A stretch of DNA of 64,000 nucleotides, from the NCBI GenBank assembly GCA_029261065.1, contig JAJDCB010000029.1:15448-79447 (forward strand), read 5' to 3'. The notes beneath the pieces are model-generated. The model was given only the letters and a program-made list of their open reading frames with translations, did no database searches and was not told the origin of the DNA. The position numbers and the translations under genes are program-made. Numbering within the stretch: position 1 is the first letter of the stretch; the number at the start of each line of letters is the position of its first letter. Positions 18,316 through 27,957 of this stretch are shown piece by piece. Origin of the DNA: Candidatus Omnitrophota bacterium (GTDB lineage Bacteria; Omnitrophota; Gorgyraeia; Zapsychrales; Zapsychraceae).

Positions 18316-20403
18316 ATGTCTGGAATAACCTCTTTTCTACATAGTTTAAATCTTATCAAACAAATTCCAATTTTTGCTAAACTCAATTGGTTTGAACAGC
18401 AAAAGATTGCGCGTAAGTCTGTCATTGTTGAGTATAAAAAGGGAGAGACTGTTCGTCGTGTGGGGGATCCCGCGGATTATTTTTATTGTTTGATAACGGG
18501 CCGTTTACAAGCGTTCACGTTAAACAATGAAAGAATCAAAGAGAATGTAGAATTTATTCATCGGGGCATGCATTTTGGAATTATTTCTGTATTTACGGGA
18601 GAAACACACTCCTTAACATTTGAGGCGATTAATGACTCCATTATTTTAAAAATTGCTAAAGCAGATTTCCATTCTATCCTCAAATCGATTCCTACCCTTG
18701 GATTAGAATTTAGTCAAAGTTTATCACAGCGTGTTCGAAGTCATCGGGAGGGTCAGAAATCTATTTTCGAAAGTACGATTATCTCGATCTACAGCCCTGT
18801 CATAGGAACGGGAAGTTCCACTTATGCGATGAATTTTGCATTAAGTTTACAAATTGAAACCAATAAAAAAGTTATGCTTCTTAATATCCATACGGCTCAG
18901 AATTTGGACGATAAATCAGAGTCTACTAAGGATAAGCCTGTTCCTAAATGGAAGAAGCCACCTATTGAGTTAAAAGACATTGTTGGCGATCATGATAAAA
19001 TTTTTGATAGCATTATTAAAGAAGAGTTAGCCATAGATTTGCTTAATGTGATGTTTGATGCCTCAGACAGCGATTTAAAGAAACAAATTAGTCCTTTGGT
19101 AAGTACTTTGGTTGGAGATTATCATTATGTTATTGTTGATTTGCCGAATGATATGGATGATTTTGTTTTGCAAACGCTGACACAGTCGGATTATGTTCAT
19201 CTGTTATCTTTAGATCGGAAAAAAGATTTAGAGCAAATGCGTTCGGTCATTGATCGTTTAGAATTGACATTTAAAGAAAGGTTTAATGAAGATAGGCTTC
19301 GTGTAATTATCCGAGGGATTCATGATCAGGTTTATTTGTCCTTTGAGGATATTAGTAAAGTTATCGATTTTAAAGTCGATCATGTTATTCCGCATATTCA
19401 TGCTGATCAGCTCAAGGAAGATATTCATTCCTCTAGTGTTACGGTTTATCGAAGTGATGAAAATAGCGAATATAATAAAGTCCTTAGACGTATTGCCCGT
19501 CAAGTTGGCGGCGTTATGGTGGGTGTTGTCTTAGGCGGTGGCGCGGCTTTAGGCATTGCTCATGTGGGAGTTATTCGAGTTTTAGAAGAAGAGAACATCC
19601 CTGTTGATATGGTTGTGGGTAGTAGTATGGGGGCTTTAATTGGAGCGTTATGGGCGACGGGAAAAAATGCGAAAGAATTAGAGGAGATTGCTCGTGAATT
19701 TGAGAAGAAAGGTAATATGTTAAAATTGTTCGACCCGCCATTATTTCCCATCTCAGGACTAATTAAAGGTAATGCGATTAAGCGATGGTTAGCTAAACAT
19801 TTAGGAACTAAAACATTTTATAGTTGCGATATTCCTTTTAAAGTTGTTTCATATGATTTAATACGAAGAGAAGAGTTGATCCTTGAGCGAGGTTCCTTGG
19901 TGGATGCTGTTCGTGAAAGTATTGCCATTCCAGGTGTCCTTAAGCCTGTCTTGACTCAAGATCGTGTGATTATTGATGGGGGCGTGCTCAATCCTTTACC
20001 GACGAATGTTCTTGCTGGTCGTGGCATTAAAAAAATTATTGCTATCAATGTTCTTCAATCTCCAGATGAAGTTTCTCAAGGTCATGACCTCCATCAACGT
20101 CGAGAAGAAGAGAAGTTGTCGCGTTCATTTCTAAAGGCACCATTAAGTTATATATCTCATCGTATTATGAGAACGTTAGCCAAACCTTTCAAACCAAATA
20201 TTTCTGACATTTTAGTACGAACCCTTCAAGCTTCCGAATACGTCATCGCCGAACAGAGCGCCCAACAAGCCGATGTCTTAATCCATCCCGATCTTGTAGG
20301 CATCGACTGGTTCGAACTCTATCGTGTTGATGATCTCATCCGCAAAGGTGAGGAGGCGACCCGCGCTTTAATTCCCGATATTAAAGCTTTAGTGAAGAAA
20401 TAA
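18316..20403 (+). CDS. cNMP-binding domain / degenerate ParA-MinD-like domain / patatin-like phospholipase (NTE-like)
   Basis: N-terminal CAP-family cNMP-binding fold (IPIFAKL...YKKGETVRRVGDPADYFYCLITGRLQ). Middle IISIYSPVIGTGSSTYAMNFALSL resembles the Walker A region of MinD/CpaE but lacks GKT. C-terminal patatin motifs GGGAALGIAHVG, GSSMGA (GXSXG), DGGVLNPLP (DGG). The ORF opens at GTG 18292. Confidence 0.7.
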   Translation: MSGITSFLHSLNLIKQIPIFAKLNWFEQQKIARKSVIVEYKKGETVRRVGDPADYFYCLITGRLQAFTLNNERIKENVEFIHRGMHFGIISVFTGETHSLTFEAINDSIILKIAKADFHSILKSIPTLGLEFSQSLSQRVRSHREGQKSIFESTIISIYSPVIGTGSSTYAMNFALSLQIETNKKVMLLNIHTAQNLDDKSESTKDKPVPKWKKPPIELKDIVGDHDKIFDSIIKEELAIDLLNVMFDASDSDLKKQISPLVSTLVGDYHYVIVDLPNDMDDFVLQTLTQSDYVHLLSLDRKKDLEQMRSVIDRLELTFKERFNEDRLRVIIRGIHDQVYLSFEDISKVIDFKVDHVIPHIHADQLKEDIHSSSVTVYRSDENSEYNKVLRRIARQVGGVMVGVVLGGGAALGIAHVGVIRVLEEENIPVDMVVGSSMGALIGALWATGKNAKELEEIAREFEKKGNMLKLFDPPLFPISGLIKGNAIKRWLAKHLGTKTFYSCDIPFKVVSYDLIRREELILERGSLVDAVRESIAIPGVLKPVLTQDRVIIDGGVLNPLPTNVLAGRGIKKIIAINVLQSPDEVSQGHDLHQRREEEKLSRSFLKAPLSYISHRIMRTLAKPFKPNISDILVRTLQASEYVIAEQSAQQADVLIHPDLVGIDWFELYRVDDLIRKGEEATRALIPDIKALVKK

Positions 20404-20526
20404 GAATAATTTTCTTCAAAGTCTCGTTTGTTCCCTCATACTTCTATCAAACTTGACGTGCATAGAAATTAAATGATATGATAAAAATCATGCATTAGTA
20501 TGAAACCAAATGAGTTTAATATTTAG

Positions 20527-21156
20527 GTGTTTATTTTGAAAAAATTTCATTTCAAAACGTCAGAAGTTCTCCAAGGTGATTATGAACTCAAGCGTATAAA
20601 TTTGATGATCGTCTTTCAAGTCAATTGTCCGGGATGCTTTTTGTATTCTTTGCCGCTAGTTAATCGTGTGAATGAGAAATATGCAGAGAAGGGGCTTCAG
20701 GTTTTGGGGTTATCAACAGCGTTTGAGGATTTTGAATTTAATACTGTTGATAATACGCGTTTGTTACTTAATGAAGGTGAGGTTGTAGGGGAAACGAAGA
20801 AGGCGTTGAGTCAAATGGGGCATGAAAAGTTTCCCCTTCAAATGGATTTTCCTGTTGCTTTTGATTTATTAGGAAAAGGAAGCGAAATTTTTGATCAAGA
20901 GGATGCCTTGATTGTTTCCGAACTTGTGCCAGATTTTCAAGCTCGAACAGAGGAAGAGCAAAAAAAGATTGTTACAGAAATTGATAAGCATTTAAAAGGG
21001 AGAAAATTAGCCTCTTATAGTTTTACCGTTAACGATATGCGAGGTACACCCTCCTGGTTTCTTTTTCGTGAAGATCTAAGTATTGATGAACTGTGGTTTG
21101 GACATAAAACGGAAGAGGATGTAATGGCGTTATTGGATTCTTGTATTACCCGTTAG
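20527..21156 (+). CDS. thioredoxin-fold protein (CPGC motif)
   Basis: VNCPGCF CXXC motif in a redoxin-like context. GTG start. Confidence 0.35.
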   Translation: MFILKKFHFKTSEVLQGDYELKRINLMIVFQVNCPGCFLYSLPLVNRVNEKYAEKGLQVLGLSTAFEDFEFNTVDNTRLLLNEGEVVGETKKALSQMGHEKFPLQMDFPVAFDLLGKGSEIFDQEDALIVSELVPDFQARTEEEQKKIVTEIDKHLKGRKLASYSFTVNDMRGTPSWFLFREDLSIDELWFGHKTEEDVMALLDSCITR

Positions 21157-21175
21157 GAAAGTTAGGAGAGTCATT

Positions 21176-22576
21176 ATGAAAGTTACATTTTTAGGAGCCA
21201 GTCAGAATGTCACGGGTTCAAGGTTTCTTTTGGAAACAGAATTTTCTCGTATTCTTATAGATTGCGGACTTTTTCAAGAACGAGATTTACGTGATCGTAA
21301 CTGGGAAAAATTTCCTGTCGATCCAAAAAGTATTTCTCATCTCCTCTTAACACATGCTCACATTGATCATTGTGGGTATTTACCACGTTTTGTCAAAGAT
21401 GGGTTTCAAGGAAAAATTATTTGTACGCCTCCCACCGCTGATATAGCCAAAATTAGTTTGATTGATACCGCACACATTCAAGAATCAGATGCCGCTTACA
21501 AAAAGAAACGGCATAAAAAAGAAAAACGTAAGGGACGTCATCCTGAGGTTCCTTTATTTACAGAAGTTGATACATTTCGCGTGTTTTCTCATTTTAGAAC
21601 CCATGATTATGAAGTGACCTTTGATGTGACTAAAGATATTAAAGCCACTTATTATGATTCTGGTCATATTTTAGGTGCCGCATCGATTGAATTAAAGATT
21701 AAAGAGGGGGGCAAAGAAATTATTTGTATTTTTTCTGGAGACATAGGCCGTTGGGATCGTCCGATTCTTAATGACCCTCATCTTTTTAAACAAGCAGATT
21801 ATGTGTTTATGGAAGCCACTTATGGTAATCGTGTTCATGAAGATGCCATCGCTTCTATTGATAAATTGGAGCAAGTCATCAACGCTACTGATAAATCAGG
21901 TGGCAATGTGGTTGTCCCAACATTTTCTATTGGACGAGCGCAGGAGCTTTTGTATGATTTAAACATCCTTGTTAAAGAAAAACGTATTCCTCAATTAATG
22001 ACTTTTGTTGATAGCCCGATGGCAATGAAGATAACAGAGGTCTTTCGTCGTTATTCTCAATATTTTGATGAAGAAGCGCAAGAGTTCCTAGACCAATATG
22101 AATCTTTATTTGATTTTCCTTTATTAAAATTTACAAAGACCTCAGATGAGTCAAAGGCCATTAATCATATTAAGGGAACCGCTGTTATTTTGGCTGGATC
22201 TGGAATGTGTACAGGCGGCCGGGTTAAACATCATTTGCTTAATAATATTTCAAGGCCCGAGAGTACGGTTTTATTTGTTGGTTATCAGGCTCAAGGAACA
22301 TTAGGACGTCAGATTCTGGAACGCCCTGAAAAGGTACGGATTTTGGGTAAAAGGGTGGATGTTTTATCTAAAATTGAAAAAATTAATGGTTTATCTGCTC
22401 ATGCCGATAAAAATGAACTTGCCCAGTGGCTCAAATCTTTCAAGCCACCAGCCAAGAAAGTATTTATCATTCATTCTGAAAAAGAAGCCGCGGAAGGGTT
22501 TGTAAATGCCGTAAAAGAGGAGATTAGCACAGATTTTCATATTCCAAAATATTTAGAAGAAGTTGAAATTGGTTAG
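21176..22576 (+). CDS. MBL-fold beta-CASP ribonuclease (CPSF/RNase J-like)
   Basis: HAHIDHCG metallo-beta-lactamase motif plus beta-CASP-like region. About 465 aa. Confidence 0.65.
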   Translation: MKVTFLGASQNVTGSRFLLETEFSRILIDCGLFQERDLRDRNWEKFPVDPKSISHLLLTHAHIDHCGYLPRFVKDGFQGKIICTPPTADIAKISLIDTAHIQESDAAYKKKRHKKEKRKGRHPEVPLFTEVDTFRVFSHFRTHDYEVTFDVTKDIKATYYDSGHILGAASIELKIKEGGKEIICIFSGDIGRWDRPILNDPHLFKQADYVFMEATYGNRVHEDAIASIDKLEQVINATDKSGGNVVVPTFSIGRAQELLYDLNILVKEKRIPQLMTFVDSPMAMKITEVFRRYSQYFDEEAQEFLDQYESLFDFPLLKFTKTSDESKAINHIKGTAVILAGSGMCTGGRVKHHLLNNISRPESTVLFVGYQAQGTLGRQILERPEKVRILGKRVDVLSKIEKINGLSAHADKNELAQWLKSFKPPAKKVFIIHSEKEAAEGFVNAVKEEISTDFHIPKYLEEVEIG

Positions 22577-22657
22577 CTTATTTTCTAATTGACAATATAG
22601 TTTTCCAAGGTAAAATGACTCAATCAATTCAATATCAATCATTTATGAGGGGGCGTC

Positions 22658-22809
22658 ATGAAAGCAAAGAAATTATTATCGTTATTTGTAGGCCTAATTG
22701 TGCTAGTTGCTTTAGCAAGTGGATGTGAAAAAAAGAGTGATTTAGAGAAAAGTGCTGATAAAGCGGGAAAAGATGCTAGTAAAGCTATTGATGGTGCTTT
22801 AAACAACTA
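22658..22809 (+). CDS. small secreted lipoprotein (50 aa), not in the ORF track
   Basis: ATG 22658 preceded by GAGGGGG. Signal peptide with lipobox LASGC. Lys-rich mature part. Followed by a strong terminator. Confidence 0.4.
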
Positions 22810-22837
22810 AGAATTTCCAGATTTTGTTATAGAATTA

Positions 22838-22897
22838 GAGGTGATGGTCGATTTTAACGTTATTTTTAAGGTTAAAACGATCATCACCTTTTTTTAA
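22838..22897 (+). terminator. rho-independent terminator
   Basis: aggtgatggtcg ... cgatcatcacct forms an about 12-bp stem with an inner ttttaac/gttaaaa stem, followed by TTTTTTT. Confidence 0.6.
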
Positions 22898-22961
22898 TTT
22901 TTTTATAAAATGATGGTATAATTAACCTTCCATAAATTACGAATTTTAAAAAGAAATACAG

Positions 22962-23615
22962 ATGAATAAAAAAGACAATAAATTTAAATATGTCCTAGTC
23001 GAATTAGCCCATCATTTGCCTTATTCGATTTTTGGGGTAACGGTTGGGATCATTGCTATGGGGGTGTTGACGTTTTTTGCAACGCTGATGAAGGCTGAAG
23101 ATATGCTTCCGCATGCCTCTGAGGAACTCTTTCATGTGTTTCATCCTGCTCACGTTTTATTTAGTGCCGTTGCCACCACAGCGATGTTTTGGAAGCATGA
23201 GAAGAATATGATTAAAGCGATCATTATTGGATTTTTGGGATCCATTACGATATGCGGTATTAGCGATGTTTTTTTTCCATTTGCTGGTGGGCTCATTCTT
23301 GGTCAAGAGATGCATTTGCATGTTTGTATTCTAGAGGAGCCAGGGCTTGTGTTACCATTTGCCGTAGTCGGTGTGATCGCGGGACTTGCTGTGACCAAAA
23401 GTTTTGAGAAATCGACGGAATATTCCCATTCGGCGCATGTTTTTATTAGTAGTGCGGCATCCATTTTATATTTGTTAAGTTACGGTCTTCAAGATTGGAC
23501 TCATGCGGTAGGTGGCGTTTTTCTTGTCACTATCTTTGCTGTTATGATTCCTTGTTGCGCGAGTGATATTGCCCTTCCCATCTGCTGTGCGCACGTCAAT
23601 TGTGATCATGAATAA
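22962..23615 (+). CDS. His/Cys-rich polytopic membrane protein
   Basis: About 6 TM segments, several conserved-looking His (HHLPYS, HVFHPAH, HLHVC). C-terminus CCASDIALPICCAHVNCDHE. Its stop overlaps the hemC-fusion start (ATGAATAA). Confidence 0.35.
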   Translation: MNKKDNKFKYVLVELAHHLPYSIFGVTVGIIAMGVLTFFATLMKAEDMLPHASEELFHVFHPAHVLFSAVATTAMFWKHEKNMIKAIIIGFLGSITICGISDVFFPFAGGLILGQEMHLHVCILEEPGLVLPFAVVGVIAGLAVTKSFEKSTEYSHSAHVFISSAASILYLLSYGLQDWTHAVGGVFLVTIFAVMIPCCASDIALPICCAHVNCDHE

Positions 23616-25656
23616 ACCTCTCAAACAAATCAAGGTCGGTACCAGAGGCAGTCCGCTTGCCCTTGTGCAGATTCAAGAGATTAAAAATCTTATAGACAAT
23701 GAAGGATTTTCTCTTGATTGGCAGTCCATCACTTTTCAAACAGCAGGTGACCAAGATAAAGTAACACCCCTTGTTGATCAACTACCTGATGATTTTTTTA
23801 CCAATACCATTGATCAAGCTCTCCTCGATAAAAAAATTAATTTGGCCATCCATAGTGCCAAAGATCTAGCAGAATGCCTTACTCAGGGATTAAAGATATT
23901 TGCACTTACCGAAAGTAAAGATAATAGCGATTGTTATGTTGGGAAAACAAAAATTAAAGATTTAGCTCAAGGGGCTAAGATTGGAACAAGTAGTCATCTA
24001 AGACAAGAAGCTTTAAAAAATTTAAATCCTAGAATTGAAATTGTGAACATTCGTGGAACCATTCAAGAGCGGTTAGAGTTGCTTGAGCAGGGAGAGGTTG
24101 ATGGGATTATTGTGGCAACCATTGCTTTAAAGCGATTAGGATTAGAGGATCGTATTAGCGAAATCATGCCATGGGAGACCACAGCTCTACAAGGTCAGTT
24201 GGCTGTTGTCGGACGAGCTGACGATCTTGAATTAGAAAAAATATTTTCCACAATCGATGTTCGCGAAGATTATGGAACCGTCACCCTCCTTGGCGCAGGT
24301 CCAGGGGATCCTGAATTGATTACGGTTAAGGCTATTAAAGCATTGGGGCGTTCTGATTGTGTTTTTTATGATTATCTGATTCATCCATCTCTATTAGATT
24401 ACTGTCCGCAAGCTAATAAAACTTATGTGGGAAAAAGAAAAGGCAAGCACTCCATGCCGCAGGCTGAACTTTCACGCCTTCTAAGAGATGCCGCTTTTTT
24501 AGGAAAAAATATCGTCAGGCTTAAAGGAGGCGATCCTTTTATTTTTGGACGAGGCGCTGAGGAGTTTGACTATTTAAGATCTTATCACATTCCAATCGAG
24601 GTGATACCTGGGATTAGTTCAGCTACAGGTATTCCTGCAAGTTTAACGTTGCCTCTGACATCACGTGACGAATCGAATTCCGTGGCTTTCATTAGTGGGC
24701 ATAAAAAAGATGAAGCCCAGGATGCGAATTCTTTATTAGAGATTCCTTGTGTGGATACGATAGTCTTTTTAATGGGATTAACAAAACTAGATATCATCTT
24801 AAAATCACTTCTTAAGGCGAATTGGAAAGAGGAGACATCAATCGTTATCATTTCCAAAGGGACATGTATCGATGAAGATATTCTCATTGGAACACTAAAA
24901 GAGATTAAAAATACATTAGACTCTCATCCCGTTATGCCACCTGCTCTTATTATTGTTGGAAAAAGTGTGGGGCATTGGAAAACATATTATCAACAGAAAC
25001 AAAAAATCCTTTTTACAGGGACGAATCCAGACAAATATCGCTCAAAAGGACAAATCATTCATTGGCCTATGATTGAAATAAAAGAACATGTTTTAGATCA
25101 GAAAGAAGCAGCAAGGATCAAGAATAAAATGGATCAATATCATGTTTTAATACTGACGAGTCGATTTGCCGTTCGTTATTTTTTCAAATGGCTAAAAGAA
25201 CAGAATGTGGGGGTTGATCAGATAAAGAAAATGACGATTTGCGTTATTGGTCAAGTAACGCAGAGAAGTTTAAAAGAATTTAATCTTGATGCTGGTATTT
25301 TACCTTCTGTTGAAACAAGTGAAGGTTTATTTGAGAGCCTCGATGAGGCTATTGATCTTAAGGGAGTAGAAATTTTGTTTCCGCGTTCCTCTTTATCAAA
25401 TCCATATCTAAAAGAAAAGTTAACGAAAAGTGGTGCTTTAGTTGATGAAATGACGATATATGAAAATTTAAAGCCAGAGAAGAAAGATTTGCCTCAAATG
25501 ACGATGGATGCGATTTTTATGACTAGTCCTTCACAAGTAAAGAATTTCTTAGAAGATTATGGTACAATCCCTAAAACTTGGAAAATTTACAGCAAAGGTC
25601 CACACACAGCTAAGTCATTAAAAGAGCAGGGTTATGAAAGTGAGTTATTAAATTGA
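23608..25656 (+). CDS. tri-domain fusion: HemC-like (domains 1-2 only) / uroporphyrinogen-III C-methyltransferase (CobA) / uroporphyrinogen-III synthase (HemD)
   Basis: HemC motifs GTRGSPLALVQ and IGTSSHLRQ, ending near ...AVVGRADDLELE. Then CobA motifs LLGAGPGDPELITVKA and VVRLKGGDPFIFGRG. Then a HemD-like C-terminus (VLILTSRFAVRYF). Confidence 0.7.
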   Translation: MNKPLKQIKVGTRGSPLALVQIQEIKNLIDNEGFSLDWQSITFQTAGDQDKVTPLVDQLPDDFFTNTIDQALLDKKINLAIHSAKDLAECLTQGLKIFALTESKDNSDCYVGKTKIKDLAQGAKIGTSSHLRQEALKNLNPRIEIVNIRGTIQERLELLEQGEVDGIIVATIALKRLGLEDRISEIMPWETTALQGQLAVVGRADDLELEKIFSTIDVREDYGTVTLLGAGPGDPELITVKAIKALGRSDCVFYDYLIHPSLLDYCPQANKTYVGKRKGKHSMPQAELSRLLRDAAFLGKNIVRLKGGDPFIFGRGAEEFDYLRSYHIPIEVIPGISSATGIPASLTLPLTSRDESNSVAFISGHKKDEAQDANSLLEIPCVDTIVFLMGLTKLDIILKSLLKANWKEETSIVIISKGTCIDEDILIGTLKEIKNTLDSHPVMPPALIIVGKSVGHWKTYYQQKQKILFTGTNPDKYRSKGQIIHWPMIEIKEHVLDQKEAARIKNKMDQYHVLILTSRFAVRYFFKWLKEQNVGVDQIKKMTICVIGQVTQRSLKEFNLDAGILPSVETSEGLFESLDEAIDLKGVEILFPRSSLSNPYLKEKLTKSGALVDEMTIYENLKPEKKDLPQMTMDAIFMTSPSQVKNFLEDYGTIPKTWKIYSKGPHTAKSLKEQGYESELLN

Positions 25657-26615
25657 AGCGATTTCGCCGATTAAGACAAAGTGCAGCCATTCGTAATTTG
25701 GTGCAAGAAACGACACTTACAAAGCACGATCTCATTCAACCATTTTTTGTGATTGAAGGAAATAATAAAAGAGAAGAGATTGAATCCATGCCTGGTATAG
25801 CTCGTTATAGTGTTGATCTTCTGCTTAAAGAGGTTGAAGCCTATATAAAACAAGGTGCACAAGCGGGATTATTTTTTGGTCTTCCTAAGAAAAAAAATGA
25901 AACAGCGATGGGGAGTTATGCGAGTAATGGTATCATTCAAAAAGCGGTAAAAGCTTTAAAGAAGGAGTTTCCCGAATTCTGTGTCATTACGGATGTGTGT
26001 TTGTGCGCCTATACAAGTCATGGGCATTGTGGCATTGTGAAAAATAAAAGCGTTGATAATGATAAGACTGTTTCAATTTTAGCCAAAGCAGCTTTATCGC
26101 ATGCAACAGCAGGTGCTGATATTGTTGCTCCCTCAGATATGATGGATTTTCGTGTTAAAGCGATACGTGAGTCTCTTGATAGCAATTCTTATGAAAATGT
26201 TCCTATTATGTCATATGCCGTTAAATACAATTCTGCTTTTTATGGCCCTTTTAGAGAAGCTGCTGATTCTGCTCCTCAATTTGGTGATCGTAAAACCTAT
26301 CAAATGGATCCAGCTAATAGTGATGAAGCCCTCAGAGAAGCCAAGCAAGACCTTAAAGAGGGTGCTGATTTTATTATGGTGAAACCAGCTTTGGCTTATT
26401 TGGATATTGTTGCACGTTTAAAACAAGAATTGGCAGCACCTCTTGTGGCTTACAATGTGAGTGGGGAATATGCCATGGTTAAGGCGGCGGCAATCAAGAA
26501 ATGGGTTGATGAAGAATCTGTTGTATTAGAAAGTTTATTGGCGATGAAAAGGGCTGGGGCCAATATGATTATTTCTTATCATGCCAGTGAGGCGTTGGGG
26601 TGGCTGACCCCTTAG
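25653..26615 (+). CDS. hemB: porphobilinogen synthase (delta-aminolevulinate dehydratase)
   Basis: N-terminus RFRRLRQSAAIRNLVQETTL aligns with the HemB RPRRLR motif. Active-site region with Cys cluster CLCAYTSHGHCG. TTG start overlapping the upstream stop. Confidence 0.85.
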   Translation: MKRFRRLRQSAAIRNLVQETTLTKHDLIQPFFVIEGNNKREEIESMPGIARYSVDLLLKEVEAYIKQGAQAGLFFGLPKKKNETAMGSYASNGIIQKAVKALKKEFPEFCVITDVCLCAYTSHGHCGIVKNKSVDNDKTVSILAKAALSHATAGADIVAPSDMMDFRVKAIRESLDSNSYENVPIMSYAVKYNSAFYGPFREAADSAPQFGDRKTYQMDPANSDEALREAKQDLKEGADFIMVKPALAYLDIVARLKQELAAPLVAYNVSGEYAMVKAAAIKKWVDEESVVLESLLAMKRAGANMIISYHASEALGWLTP

Positions 26616-27928
26616 CTGTCATTCCTGGGGATGACATGATTACTTTAATGAAAACTTCCAAATCGCAAATACATTTCGATAAAGCAAAAAAAGTTCTAGT
26701 CGGCGGCGTTAACAGCCCCGTCCGCTCCTTTAACGGTGTTGGTGGTCAAGCGTTGGTCATGAAGTATGGCCAACGAGAGAAGATGTTTGATGAAGATGGT
26801 CAAGGGTATACGGATTATTGTCTTTCCTGGGGATCATTGATTCTAGGACATGCTCATCGAAATGTTGTTTTAGCTGCCAAAAAAACACTGGAGCGTGGAA
26901 TAAGTTTTGGGACAACGACGCGTGCTGAAATTGATATTGCATCTTTAATTGTAGAACGCGTGCCTTCCATCGATTTAATTCGTTTTGTCAATTCTGGAAC
27001 AGAAGCCACTATGAGTGCTATTCGTTTAGCGCGCGGCTATACACAACGTGATTGTCTAGTCAAATTTGATGGTTGTTATCACGGTCATTTTGATGATTTG
27101 TTAACGACAGCCGGTAGTGGTGTTGCTCAACTTAAGGAATCTTCTTCTGATGGCATTCCTGCCTCGCATATTGAAAATACAATAAGCCTTCCCTATAACA
27201 ATATCGAAACCTTAACGAAAACATTAACTCAACATAAGAATCGTATTGCTTGTGTCATTTTAGAACCTGTTGCGGGTAATATGGGTGTTATTCCCGCGAG
27301 CCAAGAGTTTTTACAAACGCTTCGCGATTTAACAAAGAAGTTTAATATTGTTCTTATTTTTGATGAAATCATGACGGGTTTTCGTACCGCTGTGGGTTGT
27401 GTTCAATCAGAATATAATATTATTCCTGATATGACATGTTTGGGTAAGATTATTGGGGGTGGTTTTCCCATGGGGGCGTATGGGGGACGTGAAGATATTA
27501 TGAAGTGTTTAGCGCCGCTTGGCGGGGTTTATCAGGCTGGAACGTTTTCTGGTAATCCAGCCGTGATGAGGGCTGGATATGCAACGCTTAAGCTTTTAAA
27601 TCAAGATTTTTATTGCAGTTTAAATAAAAGATGCGAAGATTTTAGTAATAAGATAAATGCCTTTTTTAACGATAAAAATTGTGGCGTGCATCTTTCGAGT
27701 TATAAATCTATGATGAGCCTTCGTTTTAGAAAGGAGCCTGTTCTTAACTATAAAGATGCAGGGCAGGCTTCAGGTGGGGAGCGCTACAGCGCGTTATTTC
27801 ATCATTTGTTAAAAGCGGGAATCTATTGGCCTCCAGCTGATCTTGAAGCTTTTTTTGTCAGCGGGGCGCATCGAGAGAAAGATTTGAAATTATTATTTGA
27901 TCAATTGCAGTTATTTTTTAATCCGTAA
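26600..27928 (+). CDS. hemL: glutamate-1-semialdehyde 2,1-aminomutase
   Basis: GGVNSPVRSF, class-III aminotransferase fold, PLP-Lys region. Overlaps hemB by 16 nt. Confidence 0.85.
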   Translation: MADPLAVIPGDDMITLMKTSKSQIHFDKAKKVLVGGVNSPVRSFNGVGGQALVMKYGQREKMFDEDGQGYTDYCLSWGSLILGHAHRNVVLAAKKTLERGISFGTTTRAEIDIASLIVERVPSIDLIRFVNSGTEATMSAIRLARGYTQRDCLVKFDGCYHGHFDDLLTTAGSGVAQLKESSSDGIPASHIENTISLPYNNIETLTKTLTQHKNRIACVILEPVAGNMGVIPASQEFLQTLRDLTKKFNIVLIFDEIMTGFRTAVGCVQSEYNIIPDMTCLGKIIGGGFPMGAYGGREDIMKCLAPLGGVYQAGTFSGNPAVMRAGYATLKLLNQDFYCSLNKRCEDFSNKINAFFNDKNCGVHLSSYKSMMSLRFRKEPVLNYKDAGQASGGERYSALFHHLLKAGIYWPPADLEAFFVSGAHREKDLKLLFDQLQLFFNP

Positions 27929-27957
27929 GAAGTATATTCATTAGGAAAGGGGAGAAC

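Noticed and set aside
18316-20403. Patatin protein as a CBASS CapV-type defence effector
   Set aside because: No cGAS/DncV-like cyclase, CD-NTase-associated genes or other defence genes are adjacent. It has an NTE-like cNMP-binding architecture and sits in a lipid-catabolism context.
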